A DNA stretch of 64,000 bases from Octopus sinensis (taxonomy: Eukaryota): positions 133,362,001-133,426,000 of the forward strand of contig NC_043001.1 of NCBI RefSeq assembly GCF_006345805.1, read 5' to 3'. Made by a program: the position numbers and the translations under genes. The notes beneath the pieces were generated by a model. The model was not told the DNA's origin and did not search any database. It saw only the letters and a list, made by a program, of their open reading frames with translations. Position 1 is the first letter of the stretch. The number at the start of each line of letters is the position of its first letter. This document shows, piece after piece, positions 61,941 to 64,000 of this stretch.

Positions 61941-62358
61941 TATATACTCAGCATTTCAATCGGTTCCATCTCCAGGAGTCTCGTATGTTTTATTTATGGA
62001 TATGTGCATATTACTGGACGAATTTTACCTCCTTTTATGTTATGTAGATGCATTTTTCACCTCAGGCAGCCATATTGTTAAATCGCATCTGATCCTTACA
62101 GCAACAGTGCAGTGAGATTATTGATGAAATACCATGGTGACGTTAATTCATTTTTATCCTTATCTTCACTTTCAGAGAAGATACTTAACACAAACAGAAT
62201 TTGTTTCAAAACAAATTAAAAGCTTAGGAAGTGAAATAGAATTAGTGTGCGTGTTTATTATTGGTATAACGACCCTCTCGAGATATAAGAAAATTAAAAA
62301 TATCAACTGTCGAACGTTTCTTAAAATTCTAAATTTAACTTATTTTATAAGTATATAG

Positions 62359-62739
62359 TTATTACTTCCGCCTTAGCGAAGGCGGCGGGTATTGTTTTTA
62401 GTTGTGTTTTTTTGTTTGTCTGCCTGTAGACATGTCTCAAGAACCGCTGAATGGACACGGATGAAACTTTCAGGGATGTTTGGCCTCGTGACTGGCACGA
62501 ACTGATTAGATTTTGGAATCAATCTGCTACCGGACAAGGATTCTGGATTATTTTGCCTGTTTTTTTTTGTTTTTTTTTTTATTTTTGAGAGCCGTCGGGT
62601 TCATTTTTTAGTATTCTCGTTTGTGAGAGCAGTAGAGTTTATTTCAGACATTCTTATTATGAAAATCGTCTCTGGCTCATTGTTGAGAGGACGTTGGTGC
62701 TACTTTGGCGGAGGTTTGCGCTCTCTGAGTGCTCTTGTT
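62359..62739 (+). mobile_element. Helentron-associated (HINE/DINE-1-like) non-autonomous element
   Basis: TTATTACTTCCGCC..GGCGG 5' subTIR/palindrome, (GTTT/GTCT) tract, and 3' TTGGCGGAGGT..GCGCTCTCTGAGTGC-TT. Confidence 0.75.
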
Positions 62740-63133
62740 ATCATGTACTGCTTTTGGGGGGTTTTTTTTTTAGTTTATTAATATTTTTAATTAAATTTTT
62801 TTTTTTTTACATGGTACAAAACGAATACTCTCCGATTGTAAATACCAAGAATCTCATTCAAAAGTAATACTTTACTGTCGGTATGTTCTGTGAAAAACAC
62901 CCCGTCATAGTCTGGAAAAGAAGTGACCAGCCCCCTTAAGTCGCCCATGTGCAGGTTTGCAATTAAATGTTCCACTACTCTCCTACCGCCACAAAATTCT
63001 GTGAGAGACCCATAGTGTGTTTTCCAAGAAGTTCCTATGCGTGAAATTGATTATAGTGAATGAAGCGTACGCGGAACTGCAGTCACCCTCTCTCTTTCTC
63101 TCTCTCTTTCCCTCTCCTTCTCTCTCTCTCACT

Positions 63134-63166
<33 letters not shown>

Positions 63167-63409
63167 AACAGATATTTAAAAAATAAATATCTATCATTTC
63201 AACGGCAATTGAAATCTAAATAAATGTTTAAAATGCAGAAAAAAACATAGCGTTCATTATTACAAGTCGGTGAATACGTGAGGAAAAGTACTGAATACAT
63301 AACGTAGAGTTTAATAGTAATAACTAAAGGGTAATGTTTCTTCTATCATTAGTCTGGGGTGCCGCTATTTTTCGTGAGTGTAGTGGCCTGAAAGCATAAC
63401 GCGGAACTC

Positions 63410-63715
63410 GGAGAAACGACGGCGAAAAATCTCGTTGCCGTAAGCTTGCCGAAGCATGCTCAATGTCTCTGTAGCAGATTTTCCAAGTTTAACGCAAAAA
63501 TTTCACGTTGGCTCTTTGTTCCTGTCCATGACAAAATCGCAGACTACAGCATACACGAGATCACAAATTTCGCAACTTGTGAAGTAAATTCGGCGATGTC
63601 ACTAAGCACACTGCCTCATGAAGGTCACTGCTAGCACTCACCGCGCACGCAACCATGTGCTGCCATCTGTTGACGCGCTACGGAACTAGTTCGGGAACTT
63701 TTACGTACCACCTCG
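63410..63715 (-). pseudogene. Mariner 5' end with TIR and transposase N-terminus
   Basis: [59 protein letters not shown] (frameshifted). Confidence 0.8.
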
Positions 63716-63724
63716 TATATATAT

Positions 63725-63756
<32 letters not shown>

Positions 63757-63799
63757 AACAATTTATAAATAAGGGCAAAAGAAAAAAGTTATTATGCCA

Positions 63800-64000
63800 A
63801 ATATTCCGAGAAATAGATTTTAGATCGTCAATAACCACATATAATTCATCACTAAATTCTTTATTAATTAACTCAGAAATCGGACCGATTTGGTAATAAC
63901 GGAATTTTTTAGAAATTTCTGACAGCTTGCTTCGAAATGCGTGCTTTTAGTGATGAGGATATGTGGTTATTGACGATTTAAAGTCTATTTCTCGGCATAT
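63800..64000. repeat. Inverted repeat (about 56-bp arms) at the window edge
   Basis: CCGAGAAATAGATTTTAGATCGTCAATAACCACATAT..CATCACTAAA versus TTTAGTGATG..ATATGTGGTTATTGACGA..TCTATTTCTCGG. Confidence 0.75.

Overview
Eukaryotic, AT-rich and repeat-saturated DNA with no recognisable intact host gene. The SINE families, microsatellite load and TTAGGG repeats are of the kind I recognise from Octopus-type cephalopod genomes (inference, not verified by search). It is probably intergenic or a large intron. It contains dozens of tRNA-derived SINEs from about five families, LINE remnants (RTE, CR1-like, R4/Dong), Penelope-like elements (RT and GIY-YIG pseudogenes), mariner, Chapaev3-like, hAT and Helitron/HINE DNA elements, two complex satellites, an interstitial telomere tract and a 100-N gap. 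Most listed ORFs are microsatellite or satellite artefacts. Three things stand out. (1) About 14 hammerhead-ribozyme (HHR) motifs from many unrelated repeat families. These include a fully canonical GUC-type HHR (36068-36158), a tandem HHR unit with a 496-nt period (30.1-30.9 kb), and a tRNA-headed HHR unit found both solo and at the 3' end of a Penelope RT-EN element. (2) An inverted segmental duplication whose 528-bp middle is replaced in one copy by a 2.5-kb satellite fused to (TTAGGG)n. (3) An R4/Dong-Helitron mosaic with a near codon-precise 5' inversion, flanked by (TAA)n. All coordinates and alignments were done by eye and may be off by a few bases.
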